A stretch of DNA of 32,000 nt from Candidatus Methanoperedens sp. (GCA_041494705.1 JBGQBI010000004.1:180001-212000); one strand, 5' to 3'. Counted from the first letter of the stretch, positions 16,508 to 24,520 are shown. Program-made: numbers and translations. Notes: a model not told the origin generated them from the sequence alone.

Positions 16508-16572
16508 CTTTGCGCTCTTGGCGTGCTTTGCGGTGCAGGATTTTTACCGCAGAGGGCGCAAAGGACGCAAAG
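16508..16572. repeat. imperfect hairpin built from CTTTGCG/CGCAAAG units
   Basis: The left arm 16508..16533 (ctttgcgctcttggcgtgctttgcgg) matches the reverse complement of 16547..16572 (ccgcagagggcgcaaaggacgcaaag) at about 20 of 26 positions by hand alignment. The loop is 13 nt. Confidence 0.6.
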
Positions 16573-16638
16573 AATTTGCTCAACACCAAACCTTTTTACA
16601 GTCCCGCAGCACAATGGAATTTCCCGGAGCGATATGGA

Positions 16639-17286
16639 ATGATACCAAAAGCAGTGATTTTCGACATGGACGGCGTGCTTGTGGATTCAATGCCCTATCA
16701 TGCGGATGCCTGGATAGCAGTTTTTGCCGAAGTTGGTATCCATATCAACCGGCAAGATATCTATGATATCGAGGGGTCGAATCATGAAGGGATAATCAGG
16801 CTTGTATTCGGAAAGGCGGGGAGGACGCCGGAGCCAGAGGATTTCGAAGAGCTTGCAAGGAAGAAAATGGAGATTTTTACAAAAACCAATAAAGTAACGG
16901 TATTTCCCGAAATATCTGAATGCCTTGGGTTTTTGAAAAACAAATGCCTTCTCGGTGTTGTGTCGGGTTCTGACAGGGCTGTTGTTATGGAGCTGCTTCT
17001 GCGTTTTTTCCCGGGAACATTTGACGCTGTGGTAACTGGAAATGATGTGAAGGAGGGGAAGCCATCGCCTGAGCCGTACCTGAAAGCCGTCGGGATGCTG
17101 AAAATTGCTAAAGATGAGTGTATCGTTATCGAGAACGCGCCGCTGGGCGTGGAATCGGCTACGAGGGCGGGTTTGTTCTGCATAGCGATTCCCACATACG
17201 TTGAGGCGCAGAGGTTGAAGGATGCGGATGTGGTGCTTGCGAATCATGGTATGCTGAAGGAATATATAGCGCGTTTATTTCTTTGA
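16639..17286 (+). CDS. HAD-superfamily hydrolase (beta-phosphoglucomutase-like subfamily)
   Basis: Motif I is 'VIFDMDGVLVDS', with 'VVSGS' and 'ENAPLGVESA' downstream. The ORF track begins at TTG 16510, inside the hairpin repeat. I place the start at ATG 16639 (MIPKAVIFDMDG...), which gives the normal distance to motif I. Confidence 0.8.
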   Translation: MIPKAVIFDMDGVLVDSMPYHADAWIAVFAEVGIHINRQDIYDIEGSNHEGIIRLVFGKAGRTPEPEDFEELARKKMEIFTKTNKVTVFPEISECLGFLKNKCLLGVVSGSDRAVVMELLLRFFPGTFDAVVTGNDVKEGKPSPEPYLKAVGMLKIAKDECIVIENAPLGVESATRAGLFCIAIPTYVEAQRLKDADVVLANHGMLKEYIARLFL

Positions 17287-17480
17287 ACTGTGAGAGTTGT
17301 TTTTGGGAATACAACCAAAATGGTTTTATATGCGTCACAAACCCCGTATTAGGCTCTTATATTACAAGAATGCTAAAAACAAAACAGATTCAAAGAAGGA
17401 GAAGTATTTAAATGAAAGGAGCGAATATCAAAGTGAATTACAGGTTTAACTTCGTTTGTAAAGATAGGCAGGTTTAAAAC

Positions 17481-18407
17481 GTGGCGTCTATAACATTTCA
17501 ACAATCCACAAACATAATCAAGCGTGCTGCCCCACCGCCTATCACTAACGGCCGACGAAGGAAGATAATCGCTTTTGGCTGGTATGGCGGGAAGTTCTCC
17601 CATTTAGACTGGTTACTCCCACTACTACCACCTTGTCATCACTTCTGCGAGCCATTCAGTGGTTCTGCGGCTGTCTTACTGAACCGCGCACCGTCTCCAG
17701 TGGAGACCTACAATGACATTGATGGTGAAGTTGTTAATTTTTTCAGAGTTCTTCGAGATCATAAAGACCGCTTAATTGAGGTTATTGGTCTGACCCCATT
17801 CTCACGTGAAGAATTTAGTATGGCTTGTGAGATTGATACAACCACTGACCCAATTGAACGTGCCCGCCGCTTTTACATACGCGCCCGTCAAGTAAGAACT
17901 GGGCTTGCTCAGAGAGCGAGCTTAGGGCGTTGGGCGAACTGTAAAAATACATCCCGCAGCGGGATGAGTGGCGCCGTAAGTCGCTGGCTTGGTGCAGTAG
18001 AGTATCTTCCAGAGATTGCCGTCCGTCTGCTTCGCGTCCAAATTGAAAATCGGCCTGCTGTGAATGTTATCAGGCTGTATGACTCTCCGAAAACTCTCTT
18101 CTATTGCGACCCTCCCTACGTACATATCACCCGCGGCGACCACAACGCCTATTGCGGTGAAATGATCGATGATGAACATAGGGAATTAGCCGCTCAACTA
18201 AATAACGTTGTTGGGAATGTTGCCCTCTCTAACTATGATTGCCCGTTGATGGATGAGTTGTATCCAGAACCTAAATGGTTCAAGAATATCGGCCTAGAAA
18301 AGACAATTCATTCAACAAAGGATATGCGGCAGGAGGTACTTTGGACCAATTACGACCCGTTGGAAGCGATGAAAGCAAACGCCACTATTATGGATGTTGA
18401 CCTATGA
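17481..18407 (+). CDS. Dam-class (D12) N6-adenine DNA methyltransferase of a type II R-M-like pair
   Basis: 308-aa ORF with a GTG start. It carries 'GWYGGKFSHL', motif I 'EPFSGSAAVLL' and motif IV 'YCDPPYVH'. Its stop overlaps the next gene's start (ATGA at 18404..18407). Confidence 0.85.
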   Translation: MASITFQQSTNIIKRAAPPPITNGRRRKIIAFGWYGGKFSHLDWLLPLLPPCHHFCEPFSGSAAVLLNRAPSPVETYNDIDGEVVNFFRVLRDHKDRLIEVIGLTPFSREEFSMACEIDTTTDPIERARRFYIRARQVRTGLAQRASLGRWANCKNTSRSGMSGAVSRWLGAVEYLPEIAVRLLRVQIENRPAVNVIRLYDSPKTLFYCDPPYVHITRGDHNAYCGEMIDDEHRELAAQLNNVVGNVALSNYDCPLMDELYPEPKWFKNIGLEKTIHSTKDMRQEVLWTNYDPLEAMKANATIMDVDL

Positions 18408-19525
18408 GTGCCGAACAAATCCTTAATCGGGCTTTGGCACGTGCACAAGAAAATCTGAGGCAACCAGTGGTTCAGGATACTGCCATTCGTGCACGGCTTG
18501 ACTATGTGTGCCGATGCATTTCTAATCGTGCTGGTGTTCGGCTTTTGATGGCATGCCTCTTAGCTAAAGTAGATCAGCCACATATTGACCCTCGCAAACC
18601 GTACACTGAAATCGGAACTGAAGACTCTTTCTCTGGTCGGACTTACGACGAGCGATATTTGACTCATTTCATCAATGAAAACCAGCTTCCATGCAACCCA
18701 ACAACGGCATTTCTCACTCCAGTGCTACGGAATATCAATCATCCATTGACAATGGATATTGAACTTATAGGAAGACCACGAGATTTATACGTTTATACAT
18801 TGCAATTGCTAGATGATGTTTATCAGAACAGAGTATCTGCAGAAGACCTGCTGGTTGATACAATCAAGTTGCTTATTTTAATAAGAAATGAAACAAGAGA
18901 AAGAATGGCGGCTTTGTTGGCCAAACTACAGTGCGGAGAAGGCGCACTTCCTCTTTCCTCGGAATCTATCGTTACGCTAATCGAGCAGCACCTAGCGTGT
19001 AAAAACTCCAGCCGTCTCCCAGTGCTAATTGTTGCGGCCGCCTATCAAGCCGCCAGTGCGCACCTCGGTGAGTGGTTACGGCCTCTTAATACTCATAACG
19101 CTGCAGATTTACAGACTGGAGCTATTGGAGATGTTGAGATTTGCCTTGTTGGTGAAAATGATGTGGTGACAGCTTATGAAATGAAGATGAAGCGTATCAC
19201 AATTGACGACATCGATACTGCTTTTCAGAAAATTATCCGTTCAGACCCTAAAATAGACAACTACATTTTCATCACAACGGATAGCATTGACGTGACCATT
19301 GCAGAGTACGCCGCCAAGTTTTACGAGGAAACTGGTGGAACAGAGATTGTCATTCTAAATTGCATTGGGTTCCTTAGACATTTTCTGCACTTTTTCCATC
19401 GATTGCGCATGGATTTCTTAAAGGCATATCAGGACTTGGTGTTGAGTGAGCCAGATTCTGCCGTCAGCCAACCGCTCAAGGAAGCATTTCTGGCATTGAG
19501 GCAAGCTGCTGAATCCAATGAGTGA
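18404..19525 (+). CDS. putative restriction endonuclease (PD-(D/E)xK-like motif), specificity unknown
   Basis: 373-aa ORF translationally coupled to the methylase. The segment 'GAIGDVEICLVGENDVVTAYEMKMK' fits the D-x(n)-E-x-K nuclease core pattern. I recognise no other domain. Confidence 0.5.
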   Translation: MSAEQILNRALARAQENLRQPVVQDTAIRARLDYVCRCISNRAGVRLLMACLLAKVDQPHIDPRKPYTEIGTEDSFSGRTYDERYLTHFINENQLPCNPTTAFLTPVLRNINHPLTMDIELIGRPRDLYVYTLQLLDDVYQNRVSAEDLLVDTIKLLILIRNETRERMAALLAKLQCGEGALPLSSESIVTLIEQHLACKNSSRLPVLIVAAAYQAASAHLGEWLRPLNTHNAADLQTGAIGDVEICLVGENDVVTAYEMKMKRITIDDIDTAFQKIIRSDPKIDNYIFITTDSIDVTIAEYAAKFYEETGGTEIVILNCIGFLRHFLHFFHRLRMDFLKAYQDLVLSEPDSAVSQPLKEAFLALRQAAESNE

Positions 19526-19557
19526 TGTTTATTTAAATGCAATGAGATATCAAATCA

Positions 19558-20172
19558 ATGAGAGAGAACATTCCTCTATCTTTTAAGAAGAAGTACGACT
19601 TAAAACCGCTTCCATCGAATCTTTTATCAATGTCTGCTATATTAGTTGCTAAAGAGCTTTTAGGAAAATACTTCTATTCACAAAAAGATGGCTCCTTGGG
19701 GAGAATTGTAGAGACTGAAGCATATCCGGGAGATGATCCGATAAATCATGGATTAAGAGGAAAAACAGAAAAGAACTCCGCTATGTTTCTACCACCAGGT
19801 CATTGTTACATCTATTATGTTTATTATAAAAACCTCTGTTTCAATATCTCTGTGGAAAGAGAAGGTACACCGAGTGTAGTACTGATTCGGGCAACTGAAC
19901 CCCTTGAAGGAATAGATATTCTCTCTAAAAATCGAAAGCAAAAAAATCTGAAAAATCTAACAAATGGTCCTTCAAAATTTTGCCAAGCTTTTGGAATTAC
20001 AATCTCAGATAATGGAAAAGAGTTAACAAGAACCTTTTTCAGGATATACAAAGGTAAAAAAGACGATTTTGAAATTATTAGAACCGGCAGGATAGGGGTA
20101 GAAGAGGTGAACCCAAAACAATATAGATTTAACATCAAAGATAATCCATTTGTCTCAAGGTATAGTGGCTGA
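19558..20172 (+). CDS. DNA-3-methyladenine glycosylase, MPG/AAG family
   Basis: 204-aa ORF with 'AKELLGKYF', 'ETEAYPGDDPINHG', 'GKTEKNSAMFLPPGHCYIYYVY' and 'VLIRATEPLEG', all hallmark MPG-family motifs. The gene is visibly more AT-rich than its neighbours. The start might be the internal Met (MSAILVAKELLGK). Confidence 0.8.
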   Translation: MRENIPLSFKKKYDLKPLPSNLLSMSAILVAKELLGKYFYSQKDGSLGRIVETEAYPGDDPINHGLRGKTEKNSAMFLPPGHCYIYYVYYKNLCFNISVEREGTPSVVLIRATEPLEGIDILSKNRKQKNLKNLTNGPSKFCQAFGITISDNGKELTRTFFRIYKGKKDDFEIIRTGRIGVEEVNPKQYRFNIKDNPFVSRYSG

Positions 20173-20390
20173 TGCTATCACTATTTTTAGGTTGAAAAAC
20201 TGTTGTATATTTATAAAATCAATACCAGCGTGAAATCCCATCTTCACAAAACACTGCAAGACGAGGGATGATTCAAATGAGTATAAACGTAACTACAATC
20301 TACCATAACCCAGTGCTTAAGGACAAAGCCTAAGTATAGCGTTTTTTGCATGACGTAAATCCTGAGTTTCAATATACTTACTTACAAACA

Positions 20391-20465
20391 CTCCATCCTT
20401 TCCCCACACTTCCATGAAAAACAACTCGGCGCCCTTAGACGCCCGCTGCGCCACTCCCTGAGATA
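20391..20465. repeat. GC-rich degenerate intergenic repeat, copy A
   Basis: Contains the core aaaaacaactcggcgccc (20417..20434) and a short GC stem ggcgc/gcgcc (20428..20432 and 20448..20452) with agacg in the loop. By-eye alignment to 30238..30300 gives roughly two-thirds identity. Confidence 0.35.
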
Positions 20466-20524
20466 AGTCTTCTGGAATTATTTATTAACCGCCACCGCCA
20501 TTAAGAGCTTGAGGAAAGAAAATT

Positions 20525-20821
20525 ATGGAATCTGTTTATTTCTATGAAGATAAAGTCAGCAAAGACATGGCAACAGTACTGGAAGACGATTTCTTCAAAC
20601 GCATCGGCTATACGGTCAGGGAATGCATGCTCCTGGGGTCAGAGCGCAAGGGTTATTTCCTGTATATCAAAGCCAATTCAGAAGACATCGACCGCGCAGA
20701 AGAGAAATTCGAGGGAGTTGGCCTGGAAAAGCTCATTGGCGAAGAAAAGAAAATAGTCACTGCCTCTTTTATCGCGGAAGAGGAGAATGCTGCAAGCGGC
20801 ATGGGAATGATGTTTGGCTAG
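20525..20821 (+). CDS. hypothetical 98-aa protein with ribosomal-stalk-like acidic C-terminal tail
   Basis: The ORF has an AG-rich region upstream (gaggaaagaaaattATG). Its C-terminus 'EEENAASGMGMMFG*' resembles the conserved tail of archaeal stalk proteins aP1/aP0 (acidic run + G-L-G-A-L-F-G). The remainder has no recognised domain. Confidence 0.55.
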   Translation: MESVYFYEDKVSKDMATVLEDDFFKRIGYTVRECMLLGSERKGYFLYIKANSEDIDRAEEKFEGVGLEKLIGEEKKIVTASFIAEEENAASGMGMMFG

Positions 20822-20837
20822 GAGCCAATATTGAATC

Positions 20838-21368
20838 ATGCGAATTCTCGTCCATGTCTGCTGCGCGCCATGCTTTACATATCCCCATAAACGGCTGCTT
20901 GAGGATGGGCACGATGTGACCGCTCTTTTTTACAACCCGAACATCCATCCTTATACTGAATATAAGAACCGGATGGAAGCGCTTGAAAAATATGCGCAAA
21001 TAAAAGGAACAAGAGTGATTTATAAGGACTATGATATGGAGAATTACCTTCGCGGCGCCCTCGCTTCAGCTGACAGGTGCGAATTCTGCTATTCCCTGAG
21101 GCTTGCAGAAGCTGCGAAAACCGCGCGCCAGTTCGGGTTTGACGCGTTCACGACAACTCTCCTTATCTCGCCATACCAGAAGCATGAACTGCTCGCCAGA
21201 ACCGGGGAAAAAATCGCGAATGAGTATGGTGTCAAATTTTATTACGAGGATTTCAGGGAAGGATACAGGGAATCCCGCGAGCTTGCAAGAGCTCTTGAAT
21301 TATATATGCAAAAATACTGCGGCTGCATTTTCAGCGAAAAAGAGCGGTATTACAAGCAAAAACCTTGA
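20838..21368 (+). CDS. queH: DUF208-family epoxyqueuosine reductase QueH-like protein
   Basis: 176-aa ORF. 'ILVHVCCAPCFTYP', 'RCEFCYSLRL' and 'YCGCIFSEKE' match the three conserved Cys motifs of QueH. Confidence 0.8.
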   Translation: MRILVHVCCAPCFTYPHKRLLEDGHDVTALFYNPNIHPYTEYKNRMEALEKYAQIKGTRVIYKDYDMENYLRGALASADRCEFCYSLRLAEAAKTARQFGFDAFTTTLLISPYQKHELLARTGEKIANEYGVKFYYEDFREGYRESRELARALELYMQKYCGCIFSEKERYYKQKP

Positions 21369-21397
21369 AATATGATTTTTACCCGTCTTATTACATC

Positions 21398-22222
21398 TCA
21401 TTTTGAACTCTCATCATGAACCCACCATTCGCCCTCTACCGTATGCTCTTTCTTCCATATCGGGACTTCAAGTTTCAGGCGTTCAATGGCTTCTCTTAAT
21501 ACAGGAAAAAGCTGTTCCCTGTGGCTTGCCGCGACAACAATGTAAACGATATCCTCACCTTTTGGGATGACGCCCGTCCTGTGATGCATTAACACATCGA
21601 TTATGCCTTCTTTTTCCCGAAGACTGGCGCATATTTCATCCATTTTTTGCCTGGCAAGCTCTCCATACTCCTCAAATTCAAGATATTCAGTCCTTGCGCC
21701 CTTATTTTGCGCCCTGACGATACCTGTGAATGTCCCAATGGCACCTGTTTTTTCCAGATCTTTTGATTTTCTGACCTTATGAACGAGTGAATCCAGCGTA
21801 TGGTATTCCGGCTGTCGCATGATAATTTCCACGAGTTCCTCAATGTCTGCACTTTCCGGATTATCCAGTCTTTTAATAATTTCCGCGGCTTTTACATCGC
21901 CAAGTGCTATTTTGGGGAGTTTGCTATCCTTAAAACCCTCGACCACTGCAAAATCCATCCCTTCATTTGCAAGCTCATCGATTGCGGTTGTAAGATTGTT
22001 GTCCTTCGAGAATTTCACAAGTTCTTCAGGGGTGACTGCGACCACCACGTCTGCGCCTGCATTCGCATGTTTCCATGTATCGGTACCGGGGGTGTTTATC
22101 CTGTTATCATGCATGTGCTTAATTGTCCCGACAGAACCGCGCTTTGAAAGCGCACTTACCAGATGTTCCACTAATGTTGTTTTCCCTGTTTTTTTGTATC
22201 CCACGACCGAGATGATTTTCAT
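21398..22222 (-). CDS. MobB - MoaE fusion (molybdopterin-guanine dinucleotide biosynthesis adapter + molybdopterin synthase catalytic subunit)
   Basis: 274-aa ORF. The N-terminus has the MobB P-loop 'VVGYKKTGKTTLVEHL'. The C-terminal MoaE region has 'GTFTGIVRA', 'MHHRTGVIPKGEDIVYIVVAASHR' and 'PIWKKEH'. Confidence 0.8.
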   Translation of the reverse strand: MKIISVVGYKKTGKTTLVEHLVSALSKRGSVGTIKHMHDNRINTPGTDTWKHANAGADVVVAVTPEELVKFSKDNNLTTAIDELANEGMDFAVVEGFKDSKLPKIALGDVKAAEIIKRLDNPESADIEELVEIIMRQPEYHTLDSLVHKVRKSKDLEKTGAIGTFTGIVRAQNKGARTEYLEFEEYGELARQKMDEICASLREKEGIIDVLMHHRTGVIPKGEDIVYIVVAASHREQLFPVLREAIERLKLEVPIWKKEHTVEGEWWVHDESSK

Positions 22223-22227
22223 AACAA

Positions 22228-23922
22228 CTACATCGATTCCGGCGCTGTAATCCCAAGCGTATCAAGCGCATTTGCAAGCACGATTCGGGAGCAGTCGACG
22301 AGAGCAAGGCGCGCAGCCCTGAACTCGGGTTCGGCATCGAGCACAGGCACATACCTGTAGAACTGGTTAAAAGCATCGGCAAGTTCCCTCGCATAAATGG
22401 CAAGGACATTTGGTTTTAAATCCCTTGATGCGACATCGATGGTGTTTTCAAACCAGGCCAACTTTTTTACGAGCGCGATTTCCTGTTCCTCAAGCAGCAC
22501 ATTGGGGTCAAATACCTCAAATGCAATTCCATCTTCCTGCGCTTTCCTGATAATGCTGCATGCCCTGGCATGTGAATACTGGATAAAGGGCGCTCCCTGT
22601 TTTTCAAAGTCAACAGCTTCCTTCCAGTTAAACGTAGTTGCCTTTTCGGGTGATATCCTGATAATATCGTACCTCACAGCCCCGATGCTTACAAAAGCTG
22701 CCACCTTCTTTTTAAACTCCTCATCCTTTTCAGGAAGTTTTTTATCTACCACTTCATAAGCCGCCTTTTCAACCTCGTCCAGGAGTTCGTCAGCCGAAAT
22801 GAAAACACCCCTTCGCGTACTCATTGAGCCTTCAGGCAGCGATACGAACTCAAAAATCACTATTTCCGGCTCCTTAAGGCCGAGAATCCGAAGCATCGCC
22901 TTAAGCTGGGATGATATGAGCTTGTGGTCTGCGCCGAGTATGTCTATCATCCTGTCGCATTGTTTTGCCTTCCATTCGTGGTACGAAAGGTCGCGGGTGG
23001 TGTAAAGAGATGTCCCGTCCGAGCGCTGGATTACCAGCGACTTTTGAATCCCCATGTCGTTTAAATCAACCATGAACGCCCCGTCCTTTATCATGGCACG
23101 GTCAAGTTTTCTTATCCGAACCATCATTTTGTTGACATCGCCGCCCCTCACGAACTGCGATTCCCAGGTGAATTTGTCATGGTGGATATTCATGCGGCGC
23201 AGGGATTCTTTTATCCCCTCCATGGCGGTATCTATGGCGTCTTTGAATTTTTTATTGGTTTCCGGGTCGCCTGCCTCGTATTTTTTCATTATGGCATCCA
23301 CTTCGGGCGAATGCTCTTTTTCATCCACAAGATTCTTATTTGCGTTGATATAGACCTCGGCTATTGCATGGTCTTTCTTTTTGCCTGTATCGAATTTAAA
23401 ATTCTCAAGTCCCCAGACCACTACGGCAATCTGCCTTCCCATATCGTTTATGTAATATTGCGTTTCGACGTCATAACCGGCGCGCGTAAGTACTCTGGCA
23501 AGTGTATCGCCAATTACCGAGTTCCTGATATGACCGATATGCAGCGGACCGTCAGGGTTTGCAGAAGTGTGCTCAAGGATGACTTTTCCCCTGTTATCCA
23601 GGTTCCCGAAATTCTCTCTTTCAAGCAGAATGCGCAGAACGGTTTCATTTAAAAACGAGCGGCTAACGAAAAAGTTGATGTAAGGTCCTGCCGTCACTGC
23701 CCTGTCGATGAAGGAATCTGGCGGTATTTTGATATTTGCATATATGATTTCAGATATCTCTTTTGGGCTTCTTTTGTATTTCGGAGCCAGCTTGAATGCC
23801 ACCGAGGAGGATATGTCCGCATGCGGGCTTTCATTTAACGCCATGTCTTCGGCTTCAAATCCCGCTTTAACCACTGCATTCGATAATACAGATAAAACTT
23901 CATCTTTGAATTTAAGGTACAT
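22228..23922 (-). CDS. argS: arginine--tRNA ligase
   Basis: 564-aa ORF with 'HTSANPDGPLHIGHIRN' (HIGH motif), 'MSTRRG' (KMSK-equivalent) and a C-terminal DALR-type anticodon-binding region. Confidence 0.95.
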   Translation of the reverse strand: MYLKFKDEVLSVLSNAVVKAGFEAEDMALNESPHADISSSVAFKLAPKYKRSPKEISEIIYANIKIPPDSFIDRAVTAGPYINFFVSRSFLNETVLRILLERENFGNLDNRGKVILEHTSANPDGPLHIGHIRNSVIGDTLARVLTRAGYDVETQYYINDMGRQIAVVVWGLENFKFDTGKKKDHAIAEVYINANKNLVDEKEHSPEVDAIMKKYEAGDPETNKKFKDAIDTAMEGIKESLRRMNIHHDKFTWESQFVRGGDVNKMMVRIRKLDRAMIKDGAFMVDLNDMGIQKSLVIQRSDGTSLYTTRDLSYHEWKAKQCDRMIDILGADHKLISSQLKAMLRILGLKEPEIVIFEFVSLPEGSMSTRRGVFISADELLDEVEKAAYEVVDKKLPEKDEEFKKKVAAFVSIGAVRYDIIRISPEKATTFNWKEAVDFEKQGAPFIQYSHARACSIIRKAQEDGIAFEVFDPNVLLEEQEIALVKKLAWFENTIDVASRDLKPNVLAIYARELADAFNQFYRYVPVLDAEPEFRAARLALVDCSRIVLANALDTLGITAPESM

Positions 23923-23995
23923 AAATCGAAATTAACACACCAGCTTAGTACATAATTTTTTCTTAAAAGATTTAATATACAATATTATCCTGGCC

Positions 23996-24065
23996 GGTAA
24001 CCAATATGGTAATAAACTTGGTTTTTTATTATTCTACTTGTTAACATATATGGTACCAAATGGTA
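23996..24065. promoter_or_regulatory. cluster of ACCA/TGGT inverted repeats in the argS / nrdH divergent intergenic region (candidate operator sites)
   Basis: Three sites are present: ACCA-ATA-TGGT at 24000..24010, the perfect 8-bp palindrome TGGTACCA at 24051..24058, and ACCA-AA-TGGT at 24055..24064. The string ATATGGTA occurs twice (24004..24011 and 24048..24055). A TATA-like cttataattt and an AAGGAG RBS follow before the nrdH-like ATG. Confidence 0.25.
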
Positions 24066-24144
24066 GAGAATTGTATCCAGAAGTGGTCTGGAAAACTGTT
24101 ATAACCCTTCAGGATATACTTATAATTTACAAAGGAGATATGGC

Positions 24145-24408
24145 ATGCAGGGCATCCTGATATATTCTACCAAAAACTGTCCGAATTGCAGGGTACTGAA
24201 GCAATTCCTGGAAAATAAAAATGTACCATTTACTGAGGTAGATATGGCTACCCCGGCGGCATTAACAGAACTGAGGATGAACGGCGTATTTACGATGGCA
24301 GCGCCGGTGCTGCAAGTAGGTAATAAATTCCATACATATAATGACCTGTTTACACAGGACAGGATAAACCAGAACAAACTGGAATCTTTGCTTAAGGAAG
24401 GAAAGTAG
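24145..24408 (+). CDS. NrdH/glutaredoxin-like small redoxin
   Basis: 87-aa ORF. 'IYSTKNCPNCRVLKQFL' contains the CxxC active site at the thioredoxin-fold position. It lies immediately upstream of nrdD. Confidence 0.7.
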   Translation: MQGILIYSTKNCPNCRVLKQFLENKNVPFTEVDMATPAALTELRMNGVFTMAAPVLQVGNKFHTYNDLFTQDRINQNKLESLLKEGK

Positions 24409-24520
24409 GGCTTTCAGCAAGTTATGCTTTGGCTCTGGTGAACCCACGGGTTTCAAATCAAAGTGTGTATTGGCTGTGAAGGATGAACTGCATGACCGAC
24501 TAAAAGAGGTGCAATAAACG

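Noticed and set aside
16381-16572. Whether the short tandem CACAGAG / CTTTGCG units could be a CRISPR array.
   Set aside because: The units are 7-9 nt with no unique spacers, and they form two self-complementary hairpins. There is no repeat-spacer periodicity and no cas genes in the window.
16510-16638. The N-terminal 43 codons of the ORF-track version of the HAD hydrolase (MRSWRALRCRIFTAEGAKDAKN...).
   Set aside because: This segment is the translation of the CTTTGCG/CGCAAAG hairpin repeat from a TTG start. HAD motif I normally lies within ~10 residues of the N-terminus, which fits the ATG at 16639.
17412-17477. 21-codon ORF with an AAGGAG upstream (MKGANIKVNYRFNFVCKDRQV) just before the second Dam-class methylase, as a possible controller (C) protein.
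   Set aside because: It is far too short for an HTH C-protein (~70-100 aa) and has no helix-turn-helix pattern. It is possibly just a leader or chance ORF.
20525-20821. Calling the 98-aa protein ribosomal stalk protein aP1 (L12).
   Set aside because: Only the last ~14 residues resemble aP1. The N-terminal helical dimerisation domain and the Ala/Pro-rich hinge are absent, and the gene is not in a ribosomal protein cluster.
24409-24520. A possible riboswitch or leader structure between nrdH-like and nrdD.
   Set aside because: I could not identify conserved riboswitch cores (such as a cobalamin B12 box) or a convincing extended stem structure by eye. It would need a covariance-model scan to revisit.
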